A stretch of DNA of 64,000 bases. Origin: Roseateles sp. (GTDB lineage: Bacteria > Pseudomonadota > Gammaproteobacteria > Burkholderiales > Burkholderiaceae_C). The position numbers were made by a program, and so were the translations under genes. Under the pieces are notes generated by a model, which saw only the letters and a program-made list of their open reading frames with translations, did no database searches and was not told where the DNA came from. The stretch lies in contig NZ_JBKCLH010000140.1 in the NCBI RefSeq assembly GCF_046300915.1, forward strand, positions 3,380-67,379, read 5' to 3'. Below, one piece after another: positions 56,314 through 64,000 of this stretch. Within the stretch, counting starts at the first letter, position 1; every line of letters begins with the position of its first letter.

Positions 56314-56332
56314 TTGTGACGAGCTGTCACAA
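56314..56332 (+). promoter_or_regulatory. Perfect inverted repeat upstream of the sia-like operon (candidate operator)
   Basis: TTGTGAC-GAGCT-GTCACAA, 7-bp arms, ending 24 nt upstream of the first in-frame ATG of the phosphatase gene. Confidence 0.3.
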
Positions 56333-56355
56333 GGGCGTGATCTGCGCTTCATAGC

Positions 56356-57642
56356 ATGGGCGCCTCTGGTCTTTCTGGGCCTTCCATGCCTGAGCTTGCT
56401 GCCCCTGCCACCTACCTGAGCGACTGCCGCCCCAGCTTCCACCCGCCCTGCGCGGGGGATCTGTGCCGGGCCGTGCCGGCCGTCAACACCGAGCACAACA
56501 ACGAGCAGGTCATGGAGCTCTTTGGCCGACATCGCGATCTGATCAGCCTGCCTGTGGTCGAGAACGGGCAGCCCATCGGCCTGATCAACCGCAACATCTT
56601 CCTCTCCCAGATGAGCCGGCCTTTCCACCGGGAGATCTACGACCGCAAGAGCTGCATCGCCTTCATGGACAAGGAGCCGCTGGTGGTGGAGGCCGATCTG
56701 CCGATCGAGCCCTTGACCCAGCGCGCCGTCAGCCACGGCGAGAAGGCCCTGAGCGACGGCTTCATCATCACCCGCGAGGGGCAGTTCCTGGGGGTGGGCC
56801 ACGGCCTGCCCCTGATGCGCGTGGTGGCGCAGATGCAGGAGTCCCGGCACCGCCAGATCATGCACAGCATCGAGTACGCCAGCGTCATCCAGCGCTCCAT
56901 GCTGCGCACCTCGCGCGAGGCCCTGGCCCGCACCGGGCTGGATGCCGATCTGGTGTGGGAGCCCCGCGATGTGGTGGGCGGCGACTTCTACCAGTTCAGC
57001 GACACCGCGGAGGGCTGGCTGGCCACGGTGGCCGACTGCACCGGGCATGGTGTGCCCGGCGCCTTCATGACCCTGATCGCCTCCATCAGCCTGAGCCAGG
57101 CCATCCAGCAGCACGGGCCGCGAGATCCGGCCCATCTGCTGGGTGGCCTGAATCGCAGCATCAAGCAGATGCTGGGTCAGCTGGACGGCCAGGACCAGAC
57201 CGCGGCCTCGGATGACGGGCTGGACGCGGCCTGCTTCTGGTACGAACGCTCGCGCCGCAGCCTGCGCTTTGCCGGCGCCAAGACCTCGCTCTTCGTGCTG
57301 CATCCCGGCCAGGCCGGTGTGGAGATGGTGGACGGCGAGCGCCAGGGCGTGGGCTATGTGAACACGCCCATTGACCATGTCTGGCACAACCGCGAGGTGC
57401 CCCTGCAAGCGGGCAGCCTGGTCTTCGTGGCCACGGACGGCCTGATCGACCAGATCGGCGGCCCCAAGGCCATTGCCTTTGGCAAACGCCGCGTGCGCGA
57501 GCTGCTGCTGGCCCAGCGCGAGCGCAGCGCCGCCGAGATCAACCGCGCCATGCAGGCCGCACTGCATGAGTGGCAGGGCAGCCAGCATCACCGCCGCGAC
57601 GACCTCACCTTTTTCTGTTTCCGAGTTCAGGAGTCTGTCTGA
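56356..57642 (+). CDS. siaA: PP2C/SpoIIE-family protein phosphatase with N-terminal CBS-pair-like domain (SiaA-like)
   Basis: C-terminal SpoIIE domain (VGGDFY, ADCTGHGVPGAFM, ATDGL). N-terminal about 150 aa have two CBS-like units (LPVVENGQPIGLINRNIF; GFIITREGQFLGVG). No TM segments. Start at 56356 or 56386. Confidence 0.78.
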   Translation: MGASGLSGPSMPELAAPATYLSDCRPSFHPPCAGDLCRAVPAVNTEHNNEQVMELFGRHRDLISLPVVENGQPIGLINRNIFLSQMSRPFHREIYDRKSCIAFMDKEPLVVEADLPIEPLTQRAVSHGEKALSDGFIITREGQFLGVGHGLPLMRVVAQMQESRHRQIMHSIEYASVIQRSMLRTSREALARTGLDADLVWEPRDVVGGDFYQFSDTAEGWLATVADCTGHGVPGAFMTLIASISLSQAIQQHGPRDPAHLLGGLNRSIKQMLGQLDGQDQTAASDDGLDAACFWYERSRRSLRFAGAKTSLFVLHPGQAGVEMVDGERQGVGYVNTPIDHVWHNREVPLQAGSLVFVATDGLIDQIGGPKAIAFGKRRVRELLLAQRERSAAEINRAMQAALHEWQGSQHHRRDDLTFFCFRVQESV

Positions 57643-57644
57643 CC

Positions 57645-58226
57645 ATGTCCGCCGCCAGCGCCGCAGCCCCCATCGTGCAGGAGTATGGAAGCTTCTTCGA
57701 GATGGCCCGCAAGCACCGCGTGATCTTCTACTACGTGGGCTATTTCTCGCAGAACATCATTGCCGCCATGGCCGAGGCGGTGCGCCTGCAGCTGGAGGTC
57801 AGCGGTGTGGATGCACCGACCCGGCGCAAGCTGTTCTCTTCGTTTGTGGAGATGTCGCAGAACATCGTGCACTACTCGGCCGATGCGCTGACACCTGGTG
57901 ATCAGATGGAGCGCGAGCTGCGCCACGGCTCGGTCTGCATCACCGAGCATGAGGGCCGCTACCTGCTGCTGTGCGCCAACCCGGTGGAGTCCGGCGTGGC
58001 CGAGGGCCTGCGCGACAAGCTGCAGCGCCTGTGCAGCATGACTCTGGAGGAAATCAAGAAGGCCTACCGCGAGAGCCTGCGCGCCGAGACGCCCGAGGGC
58101 AGCAAGGGTGCCGGCATGGGCCTGCTGACCATGGCACGCGACGCCAGCGAGCCCTTGGAGTTTTCGCTGCAGCCCCTGCTGGACCAGCCCGGCACGGCCG
58201 TTTTCCAGCTCAAGGCCACCGTCTGA
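57645..58226 (+). CDS. siaB: SiaB-family protein kinase (anti-sigma/partner-switch kinase-like)
   Basis: ATG at 57645, 2 nt after the phosphatase stop. About 193 aa with the YYVGYFSQNI...GAGMGLLTMAR pattern of SiaB/DUF6272-type proteins. Operon position fits. Confidence 0.75.
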   Translation: MSAASAAAPIVQEYGSFFEMARKHRVIFYYVGYFSQNIIAAMAEAVRLQLEVSGVDAPTRRKLFSSFVEMSQNIVHYSADALTPGDQMERELRHGSVCITEHEGRYLLLCANPVESGVAEGLRDKLQRLCSMTLEEIKKAYRESLRAETPEGSKGAGMGLLTMARDASEPLEFSLQPLLDQPGTAVFQLKATV

Positions 58227-58264
58227 GCGGCGCCCCCACAACCGTATCCAGAGAGATTCCAGGC

Positions 58265-58660
58265 ATGGAGAACCGTCTTTACATCGCCGCCAGCCCCAGC
58301 ACCCCCGAGGTGGATTTCCGCTTCGACGAGGGGCTGCTGAGCCTGCGCGGGGAGTCCTATCCAGAAAATGCCGCCGCCTTCTACGGCGACATCCTGCGTC
58401 AGCTGCGCGCCTATCTGGCCGGCGAGAGCGCCAGCACCCTGCAGGTGCATATCGCCCTGGCCTATTTCAACAGCTCCAGCACCAAGATGCTGTTCAACCT
58501 CATTGAGGCCCTGGCCGAGGCGGTGGAGCAGGGCGCACGGCGCGTGGTGCTGCACTGGCTGTATGAGGAGGACGACGACACCATCCTCGAGTTTGGCCGG
58601 GAGTTGGCCGATGACTTCCCGGCCATTGAGTTCGTGCTGCAGCCGGTGGGGGTGGTGTGA
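58265..58660 (+). CDS. siaC: SiaC-family (DUF1987) partner-switch protein
   Basis: ATG at 58265 (MENRLYIAASPSTPEVDF...GESYPENAAAFY...YFNSSSTKMLF). 131 aa. Matches the DUF1987 pattern and operon position. Confidence 0.78.
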   Translation: MENRLYIAASPSTPEVDFRFDEGLLSLRGESYPENAAAFYGDILRQLRAYLAGESASTLQVHIALAYFNSSSTKMLFNLIEALAEAVEQGARRVVLHWLYEEDDDTILEFGRELADDFPAIEFVLQPVGVV

Positions 58661-59418
58661 ACGAGAGTCCCGTACTCGCGCGCGGCGGCGTCCCGGGCAT
58701 CGTCGTGCCGCCAAGCTCCGGCCACGACCTCTTCGAGTACGAAGCCCTGGCGGTGAGCGCCGCGCGTGCGGCCTATGCGGACGCCAATGCCTGGCATCAC
58801 CAGGCGCTGGGCGAGTTGATCCTGGCCTACGAGCGCCTGTTGCGCGAGACCCGGCGTCTGGTGCGGCGCAGCGACCGCGAAGAGCTGGAGATGAATCGTC
58901 TCAACCAGCGCCTGCACGAGCTGGCCCAGGAGCTGCAATACCGCGCCACCCATGATGCCCTGACCGGCGTGCTCAACCGTGCGGCCGTGATCGAGCGCGC
59001 CCGGCACCATCTGGAGCGCGAGGGCCTGGCCCTGATCGTGCTGGACATCGACCATTTCAAGCGCGTGAACGACAGCTTCGGCCATCCCGTGGGCGATGGG
59101 GTGATACGCGCCGTGGCCGACTGCCTGCGCAGCGAGGTGCCAGCGGGCGCCGAGGTCGGGCGGGTCGGGGGTGAGGAGTTCACCGTGCTGCTGCCGGGGC
59201 GCGATCTGGCCGCGGCCGCCGCGCTGGCCGAGTGTCTGCGCCGGCGCGTGGCCGGGCACGACTTTGCCCTGCCTGATGGGCAGCCCGTCACCGCCAGCTT
59301 TGGCGTCAGCAGCCTGGCCCAGGGCCATGGTTTCGATCAGGCCTATGGGCTGGCCGACGCGGCGCTCTACGAGGCCAAGCGCGCCGGCCGCAACCGCGTG
59401 GCCTGTGCCCCTGGCTGA
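58657..59418 (+). CDS. siaD: GGDEF diguanylate cyclase with coiled-coil N-terminus (SiaD-like)
   Basis: GTG start in a GTGA overlap with the siaC stop. DALTGVLNR, active site GGEEF, YEAKRAGRNRV. Confidence 0.85.
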   Translation: MNESPVLARGGVPGIVVPPSSGHDLFEYEALAVSAARAAYADANAWHHQALGELILAYERLLRETRRLVRRSDREELEMNRLNQRLHELAQELQYRATHDALTGVLNRAAVIERARHHLEREGLALIVLDIDHFKRVNDSFGHPVGDGVIRAVADCLRSEVPAGAEVGRVGGEEFTVLLPGRDLAAAAALAECLRRRVAGHDFALPDGQPVTASFGVSSLAQGHGFDQAYGLADAALYEAKRAGRNRVACAPG

Positions 59419-59443
59419 GCGCCACTGAACTCCGCTGAGCGGC

Positions 59444-60349
59444 TCAGCGGCCGGCCAGCTGGCTGAAGTCCGCAGCCCAGCTGCCCAGCGTGCGCTGGGC
59501 CTGCTCGCGCTGGGCCACCGTGGTGGCCCGGTGCAGGCGCGCAAAGCTGGCGCAGCCCTCGCGCTGCACGGCCTGCAGATAGCGCTGCTGGGCCGCATCC
59601 GACGGCGCCCCCCGCAGCGTCTGTTCCAGAAACTGCTGCAGGGCCCGTGCGGCCTGTTCGGGCGGTAGAGGCTGCAGCCGCTGGCGGCGCAGCAGCTGCA
59701 GGAATTCCTGCTGACGCTGCAGCCGGGCCTGGTAGCTGCGCTGGGCGTCAAAGCTGAGCGCCTGGTCCAGCCCCTCGCGCCGGGCCCGGCGCTGCGGCTC
59801 GTCCAGGCGCCCATAAAGCATCTCGGCGCGCTCCACAGCCTTGCGCCAGCGCTGCTCGCGGCGGCGTTCCGGCGTGCCGTCCAGCCATTCGGCTTTCCAC
59901 TTCTCGTTGGCCACGCGCTGCTTGCGCTCCAGGTGCAAGAGCTGTTCCTCCCCGAGTTCGCTGGTCAGCCAGAGCAGGGCCCAGTTGCCGGGGTCCAGCA
60001 GGGGCGGCTCCACCACCGCCCGCAGCTGCTCCAGCTCACGGCAGAGCTGGTCGGCGGGGATGTCGGGCTGGGCCAGCAGGGGCTGCAGGCGGCGCAGCTC
60101 CTGGGCGTAGCGCGGCAGCTGGGTGCGGCGGTGCCAGTCCATGAAATGCGCCAGACTTTCTCGCACCCGTGGCGCCTGCTCGCTGCTGAAGTCCAGATAG
60201 CTGTCCAGCCGCCAATACAGCAGGGTATCCGCCTGCCCGTAGGCCAGGCGCAAGGTGCTGGTCGCGCAGCCGCCCAGCCACAGCATCAGGGCGGCCAGCA
60301 GCGCGAGCAGGCCCAGGCGTGCGGGGCGGGCTGGAGCTGGCGTTTTCAT
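59444..60349 (-). CDS. DUF6279-like lipoprotein
   Basis: ATG at 60349. Lipobox LWLGGC. LAYGQADTLLYWRLDSYLDF N-terminal block as in DUF6279 lipoproteins. Confidence 0.65.
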   Translation of the reverse strand: MKTPAPARPARLGLLALLAALMLWLGGCATSTLRLAYGQADTLLYWRLDSYLDFSSEQAPRVRESLAHFMDWHRRTQLPRYAQELRRLQPLLAQPDIPADQLCRELEQLRAVVEPPLLDPGNWALLWLTSELGEEQLLHLERKQRVANEKWKAEWLDGTPERRREQRWRKAVERAEMLYGRLDEPQRRARREGLDQALSFDAQRSYQARLQRQQEFLQLLRRQRLQPLPPEQAARALQQFLEQTLRGAPSDAAQQRYLQAVQREGCASFARLHRATTVAQREQAQRTLGSWAADFSQLAGR

Positions 60350-60436
60350 GGCAGGAGGCAGGATCGATCGCACCGAGGTCGTTGCCGCAACCCTAGCAGA
60401 AGCGCGCCCGTCCTGCTGAACCTGCGCCCAGGCGTC

Positions 60437-63400
60437 TTACTGGGCCACGCGGTTGCGGCCCTGCTGCTTGGCCCGGTAGAGGGCCGCATCGGCCTGGGCC
60501 AGCAGCCGCTGCGCATCCTCCTCGGCGCTGGGCACGCAGCTGGCCAGGCCCAGGCTCACGGTCACGACATTGCCCACCGGGCTGTCGGGATGGGGCAGGG
60601 CCAGGGCCTCGCAGCTGCTGCGAATATGCTCCGCCACGGCCAGCGCCGCGATGGCGTCGGTGCCCGGCAGCAGCACCACGAACTCCTCGCCGCCGTAGCG
60701 TGCGGCCAGATCGCCTGCCCGTCCTGCTGCGCTGGCAATGACGGTCGCCACCCGGCTCAGGCAGAGATCACCGGCCTGATGGCCCAGCAGATCGTTGTAG
60801 CGCTTGAAACCGTCCACATCGGCCAGCACCAGGGCCAGGGCCTGGCCACTGCGTCGGGCGCGGCGCCACTCATCCTCAAAGGCCTCATCGAAGCGCCGCC
60901 GGTTGGCCAGCCCGGTCAGTGAGTCGGCAAAGGAGAGCCGGGAGAGATGTTCATTGGCCTGGCGCAGTTCCTCGGTGCGCTGCGCCACCAGGCGCTCCAT
61001 CTCCGCCTGGCGCGCCTGCAGGCTGCGGGTTCTCAGCCTCACCAGGGCCGCCATGCCACCCAGGGTCGCCAGCAGGACCAGGGCCAGGAACCAGGGCGTC
61101 TGCCAGACCTGGGGCTGCACCTTGATCGGCAGCGGGGGATCCAGCTCACGCCAGTGCAGCCCGCCGTCCCCGCTGACCGCCAGCTCCAGCCGGTAGTCGC
61201 CGTGGGGCAGGGTGGCAAAGCTCAGCTCACGCACATTGCCCAGGTCCACCCATTCGCCGCGGCCCAGGCCCTGCATGCGATAGCGCAGGCGCAGGCGCTC
61301 GGCATAGAGCAGGGTATCGGCCGAGAAGCTCAGCCGCAGCGGCACCGGGCCCGGTGGCAGTTCCAGGGTGTGCCCCGGGTTCAGTGCCTGCCACTGAGAC
61401 TGCAGCCAGGCGCCGGTGAGGCGCAGCTGCGGCGCACCGGCCCCGCCGGGCAGACGCGCCGGATCCACGATGAGCAGGCCGCTGGCCGAGGGCAGCCAGA
61501 GCCGTCCCTGGGCATCGCGAGCGCCTGCGCCTTGCAGACCTCCGGCAAAGGTGGTGCTGCGCAGCGCATCGCCGGGGCCAAAGCCCAGGGACTGCACGCG
61601 CTTGATGCGACCCTCCGCCAGTGCGTCCAGCTCGGCCCGGGCCACGCGGAAGAAGCCGCGATTGCAGCTCATCCAGAGCTGGCCCTGATCGTCTTGCAGA
61701 ATCACCTGGATCAGCCCGTCCCAGAGCCCGTCGCGGCTGCGTATGCTGGCCAGTCTGCCCTCGGGGCTGAGGCGGTTCAGTCCCTCGCCATTGGTCCCTA
61801 TCCAGAGCGTGCCCCGCTCGTCCTCGTGCAAGGCCATGATCCAGTCGGACAGCAGGCCCTCGGCCTGGCTCAGACGGCTGAAGCGGCCGTCGCGGTCCAG
61901 GCGCAGCAGACCTTGGCCCGTGGTGCCGAACCACAGTCGCCCCTGCCGGTCCTCCAGCATGGCGGTGATGCCCTCCTGCGGCAGGTTAGCGTCTTGCACC
62001 GGCTGGGGGAGTTTTGCCTCGGGATCCAGGCGGGACAGGCCGCCGCGCGTGCCTATCCAGAGCCGACCGGCACGATCCTGCAGCAGGGAGCGGATCTCAT
62101 GATTGGGCAGGCCTTCCCCCGTGCTGTAGCTGGCCAGCAGGCGCTGGCCATCGGCGCTCAGATGCATCAAGCCGTGGGTGTAGCTGCCCACCCAGAGCGT
62201 GCCGTCGCGCTTGTCCTCCATCAGGGTGGAGATTTCGTCGCTGAGCAGAGGGCCGCCGCGTTCCTGGCGCAGCAGGGTGTGGATCTGGGCCTTGCGATGG
62301 TCCAGCAGGCTCAGGCCGCCGCCGGCCGTGGCCACCCAGGTTCGAGCGCCGTCGCGGCTGTGCAGCACGGCGCGCGTGTTGTCATAGGCCAGGCCCTCGG
62401 GCGCGCCGAAGACCGTGAAGGCGCGGTTGCGCAGGCGGTTGAGTCCGCCGACCCAGGTGCCGACCCAGACGCTGCCCTCGCGGTCCGTCTGCAGGCTCCA
62501 GATCTGGCTGCCGGCCAAGCCCTGGGCGCTGCTCAGCGCGGGGCTGAAGCGCGGCGCCGCAGCGCCGGGTTCGGGCAGCGCCTCCAGCCGGCTCACGCCC
62601 GCGCCCCAGCTGCCTATCCACAACCGTCCCTGAGCATCCAGGGCCAGGGCTGTCAGATGGTCGGAGGGCAGGCCGTCGGCCGTGGTGTAGGTCTGAATGC
62701 TGAACCGCGGCGCTTCGCCCGTGCTCTGGTCCATCTGGCGCTGTACATGAACCAAGCCGGCCCCCGCCGTGGCGGCCCAGACACCGCGACCGCGCGGGTC
62801 CGCGATCACATGGCGCACCTGCAGATGGGGGAAGCCCCCCTGGTCGGGCTTGAGGGTGTGGAATCGGCCGGATACCGGCTCGCGCACGATCAGGCCGCCG
62901 CCGGAGCTGCCTATCCACAACCAGCCCTGGGCATCCAGCGCCAGGCTGCGCAGGCGCTTGGTGGGCAGGCCCTCGGCCTCCTGATAGCGGGTCCAGCCCG
63001 CCTTGCCCTGCGCGCTGGCGTCGCGCTTGAGCAAGCCGTTCTCGCCGGCCGCCCAGATCGTGCCGTCCGGTGCCTCGGCGAAGGCCCAGACACGGCGGTT
63101 GCCGCTCTGCGCCACCGTGATCGCGGTCTCGAAACGTCCGTCGCGGTAAAGGGAGGCCCCGCGGGTGTGGCCGATCCACAGTCCGCCCTGGCGGTCCTGC
63201 ATGAAGCCGAAGACCGGTTCGGACGACAGGGCCGGCGCCTGTTCCTCGTCAAAGGTGTGGAAGCGCAGGCCGTCAAATCGAGCCAGACCACCCGCCGTGC
63301 CCACCCAGAGCTGGCCGTCGCGCGTTTGCAGCAAGGCCTGCACGGTATTCAGGGGCAGGCCTTGCTCGGTCTGCCAGAGGTCCAGCTTGTACTGGCTCAG

Positions 63401-63652
63401 GGCCGCGGTGGGCGAGGCCAGGGCGGCATAGCCGGCCGGCATCACCGCTGCGGACTCGAAAGGGGTAGCGGCGCTGCGCGGGGCGGCTGCGCCCTGGGCC
63501 GGCGCCTGGGCCTGCACGCTGGCCCCAAGAGCCATCAGCATCAGAAGCAGCCAGAGCCACGAGCCCAGGCCCGGTATGGACGCAAGCAGGGCGGAACGGA
63601 CGGCGGAAGGGGCTAAGGCAGAACTGCGGCGTGGCACCCGGCAAGGGTACAC
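60437..63652 (-). CDS. Periplasmic beta-propeller (two-component regulator propeller / Y_Y_Y) sensor diguanylate cyclase
   Basis: 1071 aa. Signal peptide, many ...LWIGT..GL.R.. propeller repeats, Y_Y_Y-like Ig region, one TM, coiled coil, and a GGDEF domain with GGEEF. Start codon is uncertain (GTG at 63652). Confidence 0.85.
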   Translation of the reverse strand: MYPCRVPRRSSALAPSAVRSALLASIPGLGSWLWLLLMLMALGASVQAQAPAQGAAAPRSAATPFESAAVMPAGYAALASPTAALSQYKLDLWQTEQGLPLNTVQALLQTRDGQLWVGTAGGLARFDGLRFHTFDEEQAPALSSEPVFGFMQDRQGGLWIGHTRGASLYRDGRFETAITVAQSGNRRVWAFAEAPDGTIWAAGENGLLKRDASAQGKAGWTRYQEAEGLPTKRLRSLALDAQGWLWIGSSGGGLIVREPVSGRFHTLKPDQGGFPHLQVRHVIADPRGRGVWAATAGAGLVHVQRQMDQSTGEAPRFSIQTYTTADGLPSDHLTALALDAQGRLWIGSWGAGVSRLEALPEPGAAAPRFSPALSSAQGLAGSQIWSLQTDREGSVWVGTWVGGLNRLRNRAFTVFGAPEGLAYDNTRAVLHSRDGARTWVATAGGGLSLLDHRKAQIHTLLRQERGGPLLSDEISTLMEDKRDGTLWVGSYTHGLMHLSADGQRLLASYSTGEGLPNHEIRSLLQDRAGRLWIGTRGGLSRLDPEAKLPQPVQDANLPQEGITAMLEDRQGRLWFGTTGQGLLRLDRDGRFSRLSQAEGLLSDWIMALHEDERGTLWIGTNGEGLNRLSPEGRLASIRSRDGLWDGLIQVILQDDQGQLWMSCNRGFFRVARAELDALAEGRIKRVQSLGFGPGDALRSTTFAGGLQGAGARDAQGRLWLPSASGLLIVDPARLPGGAGAPQLRLTGAWLQSQWQALNPGHTLELPPGPVPLRLSFSADTLLYAERLRLRYRMQGLGRGEWVDLGNVRELSFATLPHGDYRLELAVSGDGGLHWRELDPPLPIKVQPQVWQTPWFLALVLLATLGGMAALVRLRTRSLQARQAEMERLVAQRTEELRQANEHLSRLSFADSLTGLANRRRFDEAFEDEWRRARRSGQALALVLADVDGFKRYNDLLGHQAGDLCLSRVATVIASAAGRAGDLAARYGGEEFVVLLPGTDAIAALAVAEHIRSSCEALALPHPDSPVGNVVTVSLGLASCVPSAEEDAQRLLAQADAALYRAKQQGRNRVAQ

Positions 63653-63717
63653 GAGCTCTACCGGCTTCCCGCCCCGGCTGTGCGCTGTGGCGTGGACTGG
63701 GTCACGCGCCGCGAGGC

Positions 63718-64000
63718 CTAGCGTTGCTGGGGCGGCAGGGCAAAGCAGTAGAACAGCCCGCCGCTGCCCAGCTCGGCCAGCCGGGCCGGGCTGCAGCCGC
63801 GGCTGCGGTGGGCCGAGTTCCAGGAGCCGGCCCAGGGCTCGGCGATGGCGCTCACCCGGTCATGGTGGCCCACCAGGGCACCGTGGCTGCTGCCATCCTC
63901 GGCCAGGTCCGCGGTGCTGCGCCAGCCGCGGCAGCTCATGTCCGCGTCCAGCGGGGAGGGCGCCGTGCCATCCGGCCGGCTGCCGGTGAGGATGTCGTGC
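63718..64000 (-). CDS. Hypothetical protein, C-terminal fragment (gene continues beyond the window)
   Basis: The frame stays open upstream of the listed ATG to the window edge (...HDILTGSRPDGTAPSPLDADMSCRGW...). Cys-containing C-terminal domain (SWNSAH...C...FYCF). No family recognised. Confidence 0.3.
   Translation of the reverse strand, partial: HDILTGSRPDGTAPSPLDADMSCRGWRSTADLAEDGSSHGALVGHHDRVSAIAEPWAGSWNSAHRSRGCSPARLAELGSGGLFYCFALPPQQR

Noticed and set aside
60947-63616. 889-aa ORF on the + strand
   Set aside because: It is antisense to the propeller/GGDEF sensor gene, and its translation is low-complexity with no motifs.

Overview
Very GC-rich, densely coded chromosomal segment of about 60 genes. 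Gene content and synteny look betaproteobacterial and Burkholderiales-like; this placement is inference only. I saw no rRNA, tRNA, CRISPR array, transposase, integrase or prophage genes. Because of the GC content, many long ORFs in the track are antisense artefacts and were rejected. Recognisable housekeeping blocks are: ribF-ileS-lspA; yajQ/murB; M48 peptidase-phhB-rsgA divergent from orn; a pabB-pabC fusion; a DEAD-box helicase followed by a cold-shock-domain/DUF1294 gene; dcp; pfk; and a PimCD-like acyl-CoA dehydrogenase pair with a DmpA-type peptidase and rsuA. A seven-gene, translationally coupled unit cyoABCD-surf1-regB-regA is also present. The window is rich in signal transduction: four sensor kinases (three hybrid, one PAS-type), RegBA, an orphan REC protein, a SiaABCD-like partner-switch/diguanylate cyclase operon, a large Y_Y_Y-type diguanylate cyclase, and YajQ. 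The most interesting observations are as follows. (1) A PEP-CTERM-sorted protein carries the Cys and Gln motif pair of internal-thioester (TED/TQXA) adhesin domains, and it sits beside an orphan PrsT-like TPR protein and a retropepsin-like protease. (2) A SWIM zinc-finger/SNF2-like protein has a histone-H1-like tail, and its ATPase motifs are all degenerate. (3) A prolyl oligopeptidase is interrupted by one in-frame TAG at a conserved Tyr position. (4) The RegBA quinone/redox sensor is fused at operon level to a quinol oxidase. (5) A Sia-type module has a CBS-pair input domain instead of a membrane/HAMP input. All functional calls rest on motif and architecture recognition by eye; no database search was run.
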